From: Myxococcota bacterium
GTDB taxonomy: Bacteria; Myxococcota_A; Polyangia; Polyangiales; Sandaracinaceae
Direction: 5' to 3'
Length of the DNA: 43,157 nucleotides
NCBI GenBank assembly: GCA_036149055.1
Contig: JAYZQJ010000054.1
Location: 1-43,157, forward strand
Shown: one piece after another, positions 7,539-17,163 of the stretch
Numbering within the stretch: the stretch's first letter is position 1
How the letters are laid out: the number at the start of each line of letters is the position of its first letter
Notes under the pieces: generated by a model
Databases searched by the model: none
What the model was told of the DNA's origin: nothing
Seen by the model: the letters and a program-made list of their open reading frames with translations, nothing else
Program-made: the position numbers and the translations under genes

Positions 7539-9053
7539 CTACAGCTTCGCCAGCGCGGCGACGCGCCAGGGGCTGAGGCCGCCGCCGCCGTTCCCGTTGG
7601 GGGCGGCGGTGGTCTTCTGCTTGGCGGCGTCGTCCTCGCGGTAGGCCTGCGCGATGGCCGCGCCGACCACGAAGGCGTCGGTCGCCGCCCCCGCGCTGCC
7701 GCTGGTGAGCAGCACGTCTTCGTTCTGCGCGATGAAGCTCGTGTCGTAGTCGCCGGCGATGAACTTCTCGTGCTCCATGAGCGCGAGGTGGAACGGCAGG
7801 TTCGTGCGGATGCCGGTGACGACGTACTCGGTCAGCGCGCGCCGCATGCGCTGGACCGCCTCCTCGCGAGTGCGGGCCCACACGCAGAGCTTGCTCACGA
7901 GCGGGTCGTAGTAGCTCGAGATCTCCGCGCCGGCGTAGGCGCCCGAGTCGTCGCGCACGCCCGGGCCGGACGGCACGCGCAGCACCTCGATCTTGCCGGG
8001 GCTCGGCATGAAGTTCGACGCCGGATCCTCGGCGTAGATGCGGCACTGGATGGCGTGGCCGCGGGGGCGGAGGTCGTCCTGCCCGTAGCCGAGCTCCTCG
8101 CCGGCCGCGATCCGCACCTGCTCGCGCACCAGATCGATCCCGGTGATGAGCTCGGTGATCGGGTGCTCGACCTGGAGGCGCGTGTTCATCTCCAGGAAGT
8201 AGAAGGAGCCGTCGGGCGCCATCAGGAACTCGACGGTGCCCGCGCCGTAGTAGCCGACGGCCTGCGCCGCCTTCACCGCGACGTCGCCCATCTTCGCGAT
8301 CAGCGCGTCGGTCCGCGCGGGGGCCGGGGTCGGGGTCTCCTCGACCACCTTCTGGTGGCGACGCTGGATCGAGCAGTCGCGCTCGAAGAGGTGCACCACG
8401 TTGCCGTGCTCGTCGCCGAGCACCTGGATCTCGACGTGCCGGGGCTCGACGATCGCCTTCTCGAGGTAGACGGTGTCGTCGCCGAAGGCCTTCTTCGCCT
8501 CCGACCGGGCGCGCTCGTAGGCGGTCTTCAGGTCCTTCTCGGACTCGACGAAGCGCATGCCCTTGCCGCCGCCGCCGCCGGCCGCCTTCAGCATCACCGG
8601 GTAGCCGACCTCGGCCGCCGCGGCGGCGAGATCCGCCTCGGACTCGACGTTGGCGCCGGGCACGACCGGGACGCCGGCCGCGATCATCTTCTCGCGGGCC
8701 GCGGTCTTGTAGCCCATCGCCTCCATCGCCGACGCGGGCGGGCCGATGAGCTTGATGCCGGCCGCCTCGAGCGCCCGCGCGAACGACGCGTTCTCGCTCA
8801 GGAAGCCGTAGCCCGGGTGCACCGCCTCCGCGCCCGAGCGCTTGCAGACGTCGATGAGGCGCTCCTGGACGAGGTAGCTCTCCGCGCTCGGCGCGGGGCC
8901 GATCGGGTAGGCCTCGTCGGCCATGCGCACGTGCAGCGCGCGTCGATCCGCCTCGCTGTAGACGGCGACGGACGCGATGCCCATCTCACGGAGCGTGCGG
9001 ATCACGCGGACGGCGATCTCACCGCGGTTGGCGACCAGGACCTTGCGAAACAT
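7539..9053 (-). CDS. accC: Acetyl/acyl-CoA carboxylase, biotin carboxylase subunit
   Basis: KVLVANRGEIAVR, HPGYGFLSEN, GGGGGKGMR, ERDCSIQRRHQK, EMNTRLQVEHPITE, YYDPLVSK. No biotinyl (EAMKM) domain. Confidence 0.95.
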   Translation of the reverse strand: MFRKVLVANRGEIAVRVIRTLREMGIASVAVYSEADRRALHVRMADEAYPIGPAPSAESYLVQERLIDVCKRSGAEAVHPGYGFLSENASFARALEAAGIKLIGPPASAMEAMGYKTAAREKMIAAGVPVVPGANVESEADLAAAAAEVGYPVMLKAAGGGGGKGMRFVESEKDLKTAYERARSEAKKAFGDDTVYLEKAIVEPRHVEIQVLGDEHGNVVHLFERDCSIQRRHQKVVEETPTPAPARTDALIAKMGDVAVKAAQAVGYYGAGTVEFLMAPDGSFYFLEMNTRLQVEHPITELITGIDLVREQVRIAAGEELGYGQDDLRPRGHAIQCRIYAEDPASNFMPSPGKIEVLRVPSGPGVRDDSGAYAGAEISSYYDPLVSKLCVWARTREEAVQRMRRALTEYVVTGIRTNLPFHLALMEHEKFIAGDYDTSFIAQNEDVLLTSGSAGAATDAFVVGAAIAQAYREDDAAKQKTTAAPNGNGGGGLSPWRVAALAKL

Positions 9054-9109
9054 CGAGACCTTTCGTGCTCTGAGAGGGGCCGGATTCTGCCTCAGAGAGG
9101 CGCCGATCG

Positions 9110-11317
9110 CTACTCACCCTCGGCTTCGGCCGCGGTGGGGGCCCTCGACGCCCCGGCGTAGCCGAGCGCCTCGAGCTGCTCCCGGGTCGCGTCGTCGATC
9201 ACCGTCGTCGTCGCCTCGTGGCGCCGCTCCTGGCCGGCCAGGGTGAGCCCGAGCAGCCCCCGCAGGTAGCGCACCGCGATCGGGCGCTCGGGCGCGAGGT
9301 CGACGGTCTCGCCCGGGTCGGCCTCGAGGTCGTAGACCGAGATGTGGCTCGTCGTGCGCTGGATGAGCTTGAAGCGGCCGACCACGATCGTGCGCCAGCC
9401 GTTCATGAAGCCGGTGACGGTCGGGCGCGGCGCGTCCTCGGTGCCGCCGCGCAGCAGCGGGGCCAGCGAGCGCCCGCTCACCGCCTCGCTCGGCGGGAGC
9501 CCCAGCGCCTCGAGCGCGGTCGGCACGACGTCGACGAGCCCGGCCGCCTCCTCGATCCGCGTCGCCTCGTCGGTCAGCCCCGGCCAGCGCACGATCAGCG
9601 GCACCCGGATCAGCTCCTCCCAGACGCTGTGGCCGTGCCCGACCGAGCCGTGGTCGAACAGCTCCTCGCCGTGATCGGCGGTGAACACGACCAGCGTCTC
9701 GTCGGCGAGCCCGCGCCGCTCGAGCGCCTCCATCATCGAGGCGAAGTGGCGGTCGTGGTAGGTGATCTCGCCGTCGTAGAGCGCCTCGAGCCGCACCCGG
9801 TCGCGCGCGTTCAGCTGGATGCGCCCGGCCTTGATGCCCTCGAGCAGGGTGCGGTCGCGGTTGAAGTCGACGACGCCGTCGTAGGGATCGGGGTCGTAGC
9901 GCGCGAGGTCCTCGCTCGGCGGGATGTAGGGCACGTGCGGGTCGATGGTGTGCACGTAGAGGAAGAACGGCCGGTCGGTCGGCCGCGCGTCGAGCCACGC
10001 GATCACGTCCTCGGCGACGAAGCGCGCCATGTTCCGGCGCCCGGCCCGCAGGTAGTTGAAGAAGGTCGACCAGCCCTGCTCGAAGCCGAAGCGATCCGAG
10101 ACGAAGCCGTTCGCCACGAACGCGCCGGTGTGGAAGCCCTCGCCGCGGAGCCGCTCGCTCAGCAGCTCGACCGAGCCCGGCACCTGCGAGTCCTCGCCGG
10201 TGGCCCGGTGCTCCCACGGGAAGAGCCCGCTCAGCAGGGTCGCGCAGCTCGGCTTGGTCCAGTTCTCCTGCGAGTGGCCGGCCATGAAGGTCGCCGCGCC
10301 CCGCGCCCACGCGCTGAGCCCGGGCGTCTCGACCCGGGTGTCCGGCGCGTAGACCCGCAGGTGATCGGCGCGCAGGGTGTCGGTGAGATAGAACACCACG
10401 TTGCGCACCCGCGGGGCCGCGGCGAGCGGCGCGCCGTCGAGGGTGACCACGCGCGGGCGACGGATCGTCGCGTCCCCGCGCGCGGTGAACGACAGCCGCG
10501 CCACCTGCCCGGCGAGGCCGATCGGCGCGTCCTCCGCCTCGAGCGCGCGCGGCGCGGTCCCGTCCGCCTCCACCCGCACGTCGACCTCGCCCTCGACGTC
10601 CGCCCGCAGGCGCGCGCCCTCGGCCGGCTCGAAGTCCCAGGCGATCGTCCAGCCGTCCGGCAGCGCGACCGCGTCGCCCCGCAGCCGCGGTCGGGCGTCG
10701 GTCGGCGCGTCGGGGCCGAGCCGGATCCAGTCCACCGCCACCCCGGCGCGAGGCAGCCCTGGGGCCGAGCCGGTGCGGGGCACGCGGAGCCGCAGATCGT
10801 GCTCGCCCGGCGTGCAGAGCGCCTCCGGGATGGTCGCCTCGGCCTCGCCCCAGGTGCCGTCGGTGGGCAGGGTGGCGTTGCCGATCGTCTCGTCGTCGAG
10901 GTAGAGCGCGACCCGGCCGTCGCCGAAGCCGCGGGCACGGATCCGCAGCTGGCAGCGCTCGGCGGACGCGATCGGCAGGAGGAAGAAGCCGGTCACGCCG
11001 CTGATGACCGAGGCGCGCGTCCCGTCGAAGTCGTGGGTGTCGCCGCTGCGGGTGCGCCAGCCGCCGAGGGTGTGCTGGTGCCCGGAGGGCTCGCCGAGCT
11101 CGAAGTGGTCGGTGCTCCGGTCGCGCAGGTGCGCCCGCGCGAGGTGCCGGCTCAGGTCGTAGCGGACCCGCTCGGCGCCCTCGGGCTCGGCCGGAGGCGC
11201 GGCGGCCGACGCCTGGGCTTCGGGAGGCGAGGCCTCGGCGGGCGGAGACGCGGGCGGCTCGGGGTCGTCGCCACAGGAGACCGCGAGCAGGGCGAGGCAG
11301 GGCCAGAGACGTCGCAC
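9110..11317 (-). CDS. Sulfatase/alkaline-phosphatase superfamily lipoprotein with N-terminal beta-sandwich region
   Basis: Lipobox LAVSC; NVVFYLTDTLRADHL, WTKPSCATLLSG, PFFLYVHTIDPHVPY, YDGEI, TADHGE, GHG, RVPLI, YDLEADPGE, LEALGY. Confidence 0.9.
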   Translation of the reverse strand: MRRLWPCLALLAVSCGDDPEPPASPPAEASPPEAQASAAAPPAEPEGAERVRYDLSRHLARAHLRDRSTDHFELGEPSGHQHTLGGWRTRSGDTHDFDGTRASVISGVTGFFLLPIASAERCQLRIRARGFGDGRVALYLDDETIGNATLPTDGTWGEAEATIPEALCTPGEHDLRLRVPRTGSAPGLPRAGVAVDWIRLGPDAPTDARPRLRGDAVALPDGWTIAWDFEPAEGARLRADVEGEVDVRVEADGTAPRALEAEDAPIGLAGQVARLSFTARGDATIRRPRVVTLDGAPLAAAPRVRNVVFYLTDTLRADHLRVYAPDTRVETPGLSAWARGAATFMAGHSQENWTKPSCATLLSGLFPWEHRATGEDSQVPGSVELLSERLRGEGFHTGAFVANGFVSDRFGFEQGWSTFFNYLRAGRRNMARFVAEDVIAWLDARPTDRPFFLYVHTIDPHVPYIPPSEDLARYDPDPYDGVVDFNRDRTLLEGIKAGRIQLNARDRVRLEALYDGEITYHDRHFASMMEALERRGLADETLVVFTADHGEELFDHGSVGHGHSVWEELIRVPLIVRWPGLTDEATRIEEAAGLVDVVPTALEALGLPPSEAVSGRSLAPLLRGGTEDAPRPTVTGFMNGWRTIVVGRFKLIQRTTSHISVYDLEADPGETVDLAPERPIAVRYLRGLLGLTLAGQERRHEATTTVIDDATREQLEALGYAGASRAPTAAEAEGE

Positions 11318-11376
11318 GGCGCGGACGATAGCGCGAGGCGGTCGCCAACGCCGCGGCCCTGCGCCATGATCGGGCC

Positions 11377-11667
11377 ATGCGCTGGTGGCTCCTTTCTTCG
11401 CTCGTCTTCTTGCTCCCCGCGTGCGGCTCGAGTGACCCGTACTGCTCGGACTTCGTGGACGAGACCGGGCGGGCCGTCGTCTTCTGCCCCGGCCCGCGCG
11501 ACGAGCCGGTCTGCGACGAGCCCGGGGACGAGGCGCGCTTCGAGATGAGCGAGCTGGGCTTCCGCCTGGTCGGCGGGCAGCGCGCCTCGTGCGACGACGA
11601 GGACGTGGTCGTCTGCCCGATGGGCACCCTCGACCCGCCCTACTGCATCACCGACCCGGAGCTCTGA
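11377..11667 (+). CDS. Small Cys-rich lipoprotein
   Basis: Lipobox LLPAC followed by six further Cys; acidic composition. Confidence 0.7.
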   Translation: MRWWLLSSLVFLLPACGSSDPYCSDFVDETGRAVVFCPGPRDEPVCDEPGDEARFEMSELGFRLVGGQRASCDDEDVVVCPMGTLDPPYCITDPEL

Positions 11668-11672
11668 TCGCC

Positions 11673-13550
11673 TTGCGCGCCGGCCTCGCCCTGTCGCTGA
11701 TCACGCTGCTCGCGGCCTGCGGCAGCCGCACGCCGCTGTCGGAGGGCTTCGACGGCGCGCCGCCGACTCGGGACGCGGCCACCTCACGCGACGCGGGCCA
11801 CGACGCCGGCACGCCGACGGTGGACGCGGGCCCGCCCTGCGCGCCGGGGGAGGACGCGCGCGCGCTCTACGCCGCCATCAACCCGACCGGCGATCCCATC
11901 GGCGGCGGCCTCGGCTACCGCCGCGGGGTGGAGGCGGCCGACGTCGACGCCCGGGTGCGCGACGCGGACGGCCTCGAGCGGGCGCTGTCGGCGCTCGGGC
12001 CGGGCGCGGTGATCTGGATCGAGGACGACGCGACGATCGATCTGACCGGGCGGCCGATCGCGCTGCCCGAGGGCGTGACGCTCGCGAGCGGGCGAGCCCG
12101 AGGCCGGGGGGCGCTGCTGCTGCAGACCGATCCGGACGGCGCCCCGATGATCACCACCGCCGGCGCCGGCGCGCGCCTCACCGGGCTGCGGCTCCGCGGG
12201 CCCGATCCTCAGCGGGGCGAGCGGCGCGACGCCCACGCGGCGATCGGCGTCGACGCGCGCCACGGCCTCGAGCTCGACGACTGCGAGCTCTGGGCCTGGC
12301 CGGGCGCCGCGGTGCGGGTCGCGGCGCGGGGCGTGTTCGTGCACCACGCCGACTTCCACCATCAGCGCGCGGCCGGACGAGCGGCGAGCGTGCGGCTCGA
12401 GGAGGCGGGCACGGCGCGGGTGGAGGCCTGCCGCTTCGACTACGCGCGCCACCACCTCGAGGCCCGCTCGGCGGCCGGGCAGTGGGAGGTGACGCACTCG
12501 CACGTCCTCCCGCACGGCGCCGACGCCCGCTTCCTGAGCGTGGGCGACGAGGGCCGCGCCGCCTCGGGCGCGCTGGTGGCGACGCTGCTCGAGGAGGACT
12601 CGGACGTCGACCTCGCGATCGGCGGCGATCCGCCCGGGGTCGTGAGCTACCTGCGCAACTGGACGCAGCAGGAGGACTTGATGGACGCGGTCCGCCTCGA
12701 CACCGAGCGGGCGGCGGCCGCGCTGCGGGCCGAGGACAACCGCTTCCGGGTGCGCACCGACCGCCTCCTCCCCCGCGCGGTCCCGGTGGCCTCGCCGCCC
12801 GAGGGCACGGCGCCGCTCGAGGTGACCTTCGACGGCTCGGCGAGCGCGGAGCTCGGGACGGAGGGCTGCGCGCTCCGGACCCACCGCTGGACCTTCGGCG
12901 AGGGCGCGACGGTGGAGCCGCCGGTCTCCGGGGTGCGGGTGAGCCATCGCTACGATCGCCCGGGGCGCTACCTCGCCACCCTCGCCGTCGACAACGCGCA
13001 GGGCGTGCAGGGCCGCGCCCACGTGCCGGTGCTCGTGCGCCCCGAGGCCGAGGGCCGCTGGCTGACCCTGTGGGTCAAGGACAGCCACACCGCCGGGCTC
13101 GGCGACCTCTACGCGATCGAGGTCGTGGTCGACGGCGCCGTCGTCTGGACGCGGGACGTCGGAGATCGCGGCGGGGAGTGGGAGCACGTGATGGTCGACG
13201 TGACGGCCTTCACCGCTGACGCGGGGCCGGTGCAGGTCGGGGTGCGGCTCACCGCGCTCACCGGCGTGGTCGACCGGGCGCGCCAGATCAACGACGTCTT
13301 CGTGTGGATCGACGACCTCCACCTCTTCGGCGGCCGGGTGGTGAACGGTGACTACGAGGACGGCGCGAACGCGTGGGTCCTCGAGGAGTCCGGCTCGACC
13401 CTCTACCTCGCGGGCAGCTCGCTCGCCGAGGCGCGGAGCGGCGACCGCTCCCTCGTCCTCGGCGTCGGCTTCGTGGACCCGACCGTGCGCCCCGACGGCC
13501 CCGCCGCCGGCAGCTACGTGCAGGTCTCGCAGCGCTTCCTGCTGGAGTGA
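11673..13550 (+). CDS. Lipoprotein with right-handed beta-helix and PKD domain
   Basis: Probable TTG start (approximate); lipobox LLAAC; beta-helix-like segments (ARLTGLRLRGP, LELDDCELWAW, FVHHADFHH); PKD motifs GTAPLEVTFDGSAS, WTFGEG, SHRYDRPGRYLATLAV. Confidence 0.8.
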   Translation: MRAGLALSLITLLAACGSRTPLSEGFDGAPPTRDAATSRDAGHDAGTPTVDAGPPCAPGEDARALYAAINPTGDPIGGGLGYRRGVEAADVDARVRDADGLERALSALGPGAVIWIEDDATIDLTGRPIALPEGVTLASGRARGRGALLLQTDPDGAPMITTAGAGARLTGLRLRGPDPQRGERRDAHAAIGVDARHGLELDDCELWAWPGAAVRVAARGVFVHHADFHHQRAAGRAASVRLEEAGTARVEACRFDYARHHLEARSAAGQWEVTHSHVLPHGADARFLSVGDEGRAASGALVATLLEEDSDVDLAIGGDPPGVVSYLRNWTQQEDLMDAVRLDTERAAAALRAEDNRFRVRTDRLLPRAVPVASPPEGTAPLEVTFDGSASAELGTEGCALRTHRWTFGEGATVEPPVSGVRVSHRYDRPGRYLATLAVDNAQGVQGRAHVPVLVRPEAEGRWLTLWVKDSHTAGLGDLYAIEVVVDGAVVWTRDVGDRGGEWEHVMVDVTAFTADAGPVQVGVRLTALTGVVDRARQINDVFVWIDDLHLFGGRVVNGDYEDGANAWVLEESGSTLYLAGSSLAEARSGDRSLVLGVGFVDPTVRPDGPAAGSYVQVSQRFLLE

Positions 13551-13554
13551 CCGA

Positions 13555-15531
13555 TCAGGCGGCCGGGCGGCGTCCGAGGACCTCGTCCGGGCCGACGACG
13601 CGGCCGGCGAGGGCGCTGGCGGCGACGGTGAGCGGGCTCGCGAGGTAGACCTGCCCGGGGCCGCTCCGGCCGGGGAAGTTGCGGTTGATCGCGCTGATCG
13701 AGACCTCGCTCCGCTTGGCGGAGTTGCCCGGCCCCGCGTTGATGCACGCGCCGCAGCTCGGGTTGATCAGCTCCACGCCCGCCTCCTCGAAGAGCTTCAC
13801 GTAGCCCTTCTCCTCGGCGTAGCGGCGGATGTGCTGGCTGCCGAACTGGATGTAGCAGCGCACGCCTTCCTTGACCTTGAGGCCCCGCTCGAGCCCCTCG
13901 CGGAAGACGGCGGCGTACATGTCCATGTCGGCCTTCTTGCCGCCGGTGCAGCTGCCGCCGTAGGCGATGTCGATCGCGACGTCCTCGTCGAAGTCGGTGA
14001 GCGCCACGCCGTTCCGGGGATCGCCGGGGGTGGCGACCATGACCGGGATGTCGCCGAGGTCGTACTCGAAGACCTCGAGGTACTCCGCGTCCGGATCGCT
14101 CGTCACGATCATCTCGCGGAGCGCGTCCTTCTCGAGGCCGCGCATCTCGTGGAGGTAGTCGACCACCACGTCGCTCGGCTCGATGATGCCGGTGAAGCCG
14201 CCCGCCTCGACCGCCATGTTGGTGAGCGTCGCCTGCTCGTCGAAGGGCAGGCGCTGCACGCCCTCGCCGGCGAACTCGAGCACCTTGCCGATGCCCTTGC
14301 TCGTGCGGAAGAACGGCTGGCTCAGGATGTAGAGCATCACGTCCTTCGCGCTGACGCCGGGGCGGAGCTCGCCCTTCAGCACGAAGCGCACCGTCTCCGG
14401 CACGCGCACGCGGACGTCCTGGGTGAACCAGGCGTTGGCCATGTCGGTGCTGCCCACGCCGAAGGCGAAGCAGCCGAGCGCGCCGGCCATGCAGGTGTGG
14501 CTGTCGGTGCCGGTGACGATCTGACCGGGCAGCGCCAGGTCCTCGATCACCGCGTTGTGGCAGATGGCTTCGCTGCCGCCCTCGGGCACCTCGCCGTAGA
14601 GCTTCAGGCCGTGCTTCTTGGCGAACGACTCCTGGGTCGTCGCGAGGCCCTCGGCGTGCTCGAGGAGGCCCATCGAGCGCTTCTTCTCGTCCATCACGTC
14701 GCCGAGGAACGTGAGGTGGTCCCGGAACGTGTAGACGCTCTCGGGCGCGGTCAGCGTCGCCTCCGGGCCGAAGCCCTGGCGGAAGAGCGAGTCGGCCATC
14801 GGGGTGACGTACTCGTGGCTGAAGCGGACGTCGGTGCGCACGAAGAGCGCGTCGCCCGGCTTCACCGCGTCGATGCCGAGGGTGCCCGCCTTGGCGTCCA
14901 CCACCGCGTTCCGCGCGATGATCTTCTCGACCATCGTCATCGGCCGCTTCGCGGTCTCGGGCAGCGCGGGCGAGAGCTCGCCGGCCATGCGCGCGCGGTT
15001 GTAGGCGAACAACCCACCCTGTCGCACGATCTCGGCGCTGATCGCGTCGAGGCCCTTGGTGAACTCCTCGATCGGGATGGACTCGCCGGCCCGGATGCGG
15101 TCGATGAGGCCGAAGTCGGTCGAGGTGAGCAGGCCGATGTTCTGGCAGTTCTGCCCGTAGATCTTCTCGATGCTCTCGGCGATGACGAGCTGCACGCCCG
15201 CGGTCATCTCGGAGTACGGCGCGGTCTCGCGCGAGGAGCCGCAGCCCTTGGACTTGCCGCTGACGATGACCGAGAAGCCGCCGTCCTTCAGCGTGTTGCG
15301 CTCGAACTGCCCGCCCCGGAGGCCGACCATCGAGAACTCGCCGAGGGTCTCGTCGTAGTAGAAGCAGACCCAGCCCGGGGTGATCTCGTCGGTGCTGATG
15401 TTGTCCATCAGCGCGTCGACGTCGGGGGTCCCCTCGAGGTCGTCGCCCGCGAGCTGCTTCTTCAGGAGATCCAGGTCATCCGTGAGGAACAGGATGCGGC
15501 CGGGGAGCGAGAGTCGATCGGGTCGTGCCAT
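13555..15531 (-). CDS. Aconitase-family dehydratase, fused LeuD-like (N-terminal) and LeuC-like (C-terminal) domains
   Basis: Swivel domain DNISTDEITP, GCGSSRE, IAESIEKIY. Large domain MTMVEKII, DHL, ICH, GTDSHT, NMAVEAGG, GSCTGG, CGACIN, NRNFPGRSG, YLASP. Confidence 0.9.
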   Translation of the reverse strand: MARPDRLSLPGRILFLTDDLDLLKKQLAGDDLEGTPDVDALMDNISTDEITPGWVCFYYDETLGEFSMVGLRGGQFERNTLKDGGFSVIVSGKSKGCGSSRETAPYSEMTAGVQLVIAESIEKIYGQNCQNIGLLTSTDFGLIDRIRAGESIPIEEFTKGLDAISAEIVRQGGLFAYNRARMAGELSPALPETAKRPMTMVEKIIARNAVVDAKAGTLGIDAVKPGDALFVRTDVRFSHEYVTPMADSLFRQGFGPEATLTAPESVYTFRDHLTFLGDVMDEKKRSMGLLEHAEGLATTQESFAKKHGLKLYGEVPEGGSEAICHNAVIEDLALPGQIVTGTDSHTCMAGALGCFAFGVGSTDMANAWFTQDVRVRVPETVRFVLKGELRPGVSAKDVMLYILSQPFFRTSKGIGKVLEFAGEGVQRLPFDEQATLTNMAVEAGGFTGIIEPSDVVVDYLHEMRGLEKDALREMIVTSDPDAEYLEVFEYDLGDIPVMVATPGDPRNGVALTDFDEDVAIDIAYGGSCTGGKKADMDMYAAVFREGLERGLKVKEGVRCYIQFGSQHIRRYAEEKGYVKLFEEAGVELINPSCGACINAGPGNSAKRSEVSISAINRNFPGRSGPGQVYLASPLTVAASALAGRVVGPDEVLGRRPAA

Positions 15532-15656
15532 GGGTCTCTTTCGTTCCTCCCCCGAGTACGGTCTGGGCCGACGTTTCTTCTACCGCCCACGCCGGGGGCC
15601 AACCGTGCGCCTGCGCACACGGCCCTACACGAAACGTAGAGCGCTGGCCGGGAATG

Positions 15657-15974
15657 TCAGGGGCAGCAGACGCTGCCCTCGATCCCGAGGGCGATCCGGC
15701 CGATCGGCTCGACCCCGCTCGGGCAGAGGTAGTCGGGGCGGTGGATGGCGCCGTCGCCGATGTCGCCGACCACCGTGGCGCCCTGTCCCTCGCACTCCTC
15801 GACGGTCATCTCGGGGCGCTCGGCGCCGGCCATCGGGAGCGGCGGATCCTCGACCGGCGGGCTCTCCTCGCCGCTCGTCTCCGCGCCCTCTTCGGGCGCC
15901 GTGGAGGGCTCCTCGGCGTCGGATCCGCAGGCGGCGAGCATCAGAACGACCAGGGCGATCAGCAGGTGACGCAT
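15657..15974 (-). CDS. Small lipoprotein with Cys-containing C-terminal domain
   Basis: Lipobox LAAC, acidic/Pro linker, ECEGQGATVVGDIGDG..CPSG..CCP. Confidence 0.75.
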   Translation of the reverse strand: MRHLLIALVVLMLAACGSDAEEPSTAPEEGAETSGEESPPVEDPPLPMAGAERPEMTVEECEGQGATVVGDIGDGAIHRPDYLCPSGVEPIGRIALGIEGSVCCP

Positions 15975-16056
15975 GCGGCCGACGTAGCACCGGGCCGGCC
16001 GGGATCCACAACTTTCACTCGCGCCACCTCCGATCGTCGCCTACCTTCCGCGCTCC

Positions 16057-17142
16057 ATGCTGAGTGACCCGTTGTCTGGGACCCGCACCGCCTCCGAGGA
16101 CGAGGCGCTCGAGGCGTTCCTCCGTGACGTCCGCGCCCTCAAGAAGGAGATCAAGGCCGGTCTCGGCGAGGAGGATCTCGTCCACCTCGAACGCATGGAG
16201 CGCTGGGGGCGCACCGCCACCGCCATCGGCCTGCTGACGGCGTGGATGGGCCCGAACCCGGTCAGCGTGGGCGGCCTCGCGCTCGGCCGTGGGGTGCGCT
16301 GGATGCTGATGCACCACATCGGTCACCGCGGCTACGACCGCGTGCCCGGCGTGAAGCCGCGCCACACCAGCAAGGTCTTCGCGAACGGCTGGCGGCGCTG
16401 GCTCGACTGGCCCGACTGGATCCAGCCGGACGCCTGGTGCCACGAGCACAACGTGCTGCACCACTCCTACACCGGCGAGCTCGACGACCCCGACCAGTTC
16501 GAGCGCAACGTGGAGTGGGTCCACTCGCTGCCGAAGCCGGCGCGCTGGGCCCTCCTCGCGGGCCTCACCGCGACCTGGCGTCAGAGCTACTACGCCCGCG
16601 GCACCATGCGCGAGCACCTCAGCAAGGGCGGCAAGACGCCGACCGAGCGCGAGGTGTGGAAGCAGGTGGTGCTCCAGTGCTGGATCCCCTACGCCGCCTA
16701 TCACCTGGGCGCGCTGCCGATGCTCTTCGCGCCGCTCGGCCCGCTCGCGGTGGGCAGCGCGATGATCAACTCCGCGCTCGCCGACGTGGTGACCAACGCG
16801 CACACCTTCCTCGTCGTCGGCCCGAACCACGCCGGCGGTGATCTCTGGCGCTTCTCGAGCCGACCGAAGGGCAAGGCGGAGTGGCTCGCTCGCCAGGTCT
16901 GGGGCTCGACCAACTACGCGACCGGCAACGACCTGGTCGACTTCGCCCACCTCTGGCTAAACTACCAGATCGAGCACCACCTCTTCCCCGACATGCCGAT
17001 GCTGAAGTACCAGCAGTACCACCCGCAGGTCCGGGCGATCTGCGAGAAGCACGGCCTGCCGTACGTGCAGGAGTCGGTCTTCACCCGCTTCCGCAAGATG
17101 GCCGAGATCTTCGTCGGCGACGCGCGCATGAAGCAGGCGTGA
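16057..17142 (+). CDS. Membrane fatty acid desaturase family protein
   Basis: His boxes HHIGH, HEHNVLHH, QIEHHLFP; VRAICEKHGLPY. Confidence 0.93.
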   Translation: MLSDPLSGTRTASEDEALEAFLRDVRALKKEIKAGLGEEDLVHLERMERWGRTATAIGLLTAWMGPNPVSVGGLALGRGVRWMLMHHIGHRGYDRVPGVKPRHTSKVFANGWRRWLDWPDWIQPDAWCHEHNVLHHSYTGELDDPDQFERNVEWVHSLPKPARWALLAGLTATWRQSYYARGTMREHLSKGGKTPTEREVWKQVVLQCWIPYAAYHLGALPMLFAPLGPLAVGSAMINSALADVVTNAHTFLVVGPNHAGGDLWRFSSRPKGKAEWLARQVWGSTNYATGNDLVDFAHLWLNYQIEHHLFPDMPMLKYQQYHPQVRAICEKHGLPYVQESVFTRFRKMAEIFVGDARMKQA

Positions 17143-17163
17143 GGGGGTGCTAAGAGAGCCGCC

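Noticed and set aside
11377..11667. RiPP precursor interpretation of the small Cys-rich ORFs (also 15657..15974)
   Set aside because: Both have lipoprotein signal peptides and no modifying enzymes or transporters are adjacent.
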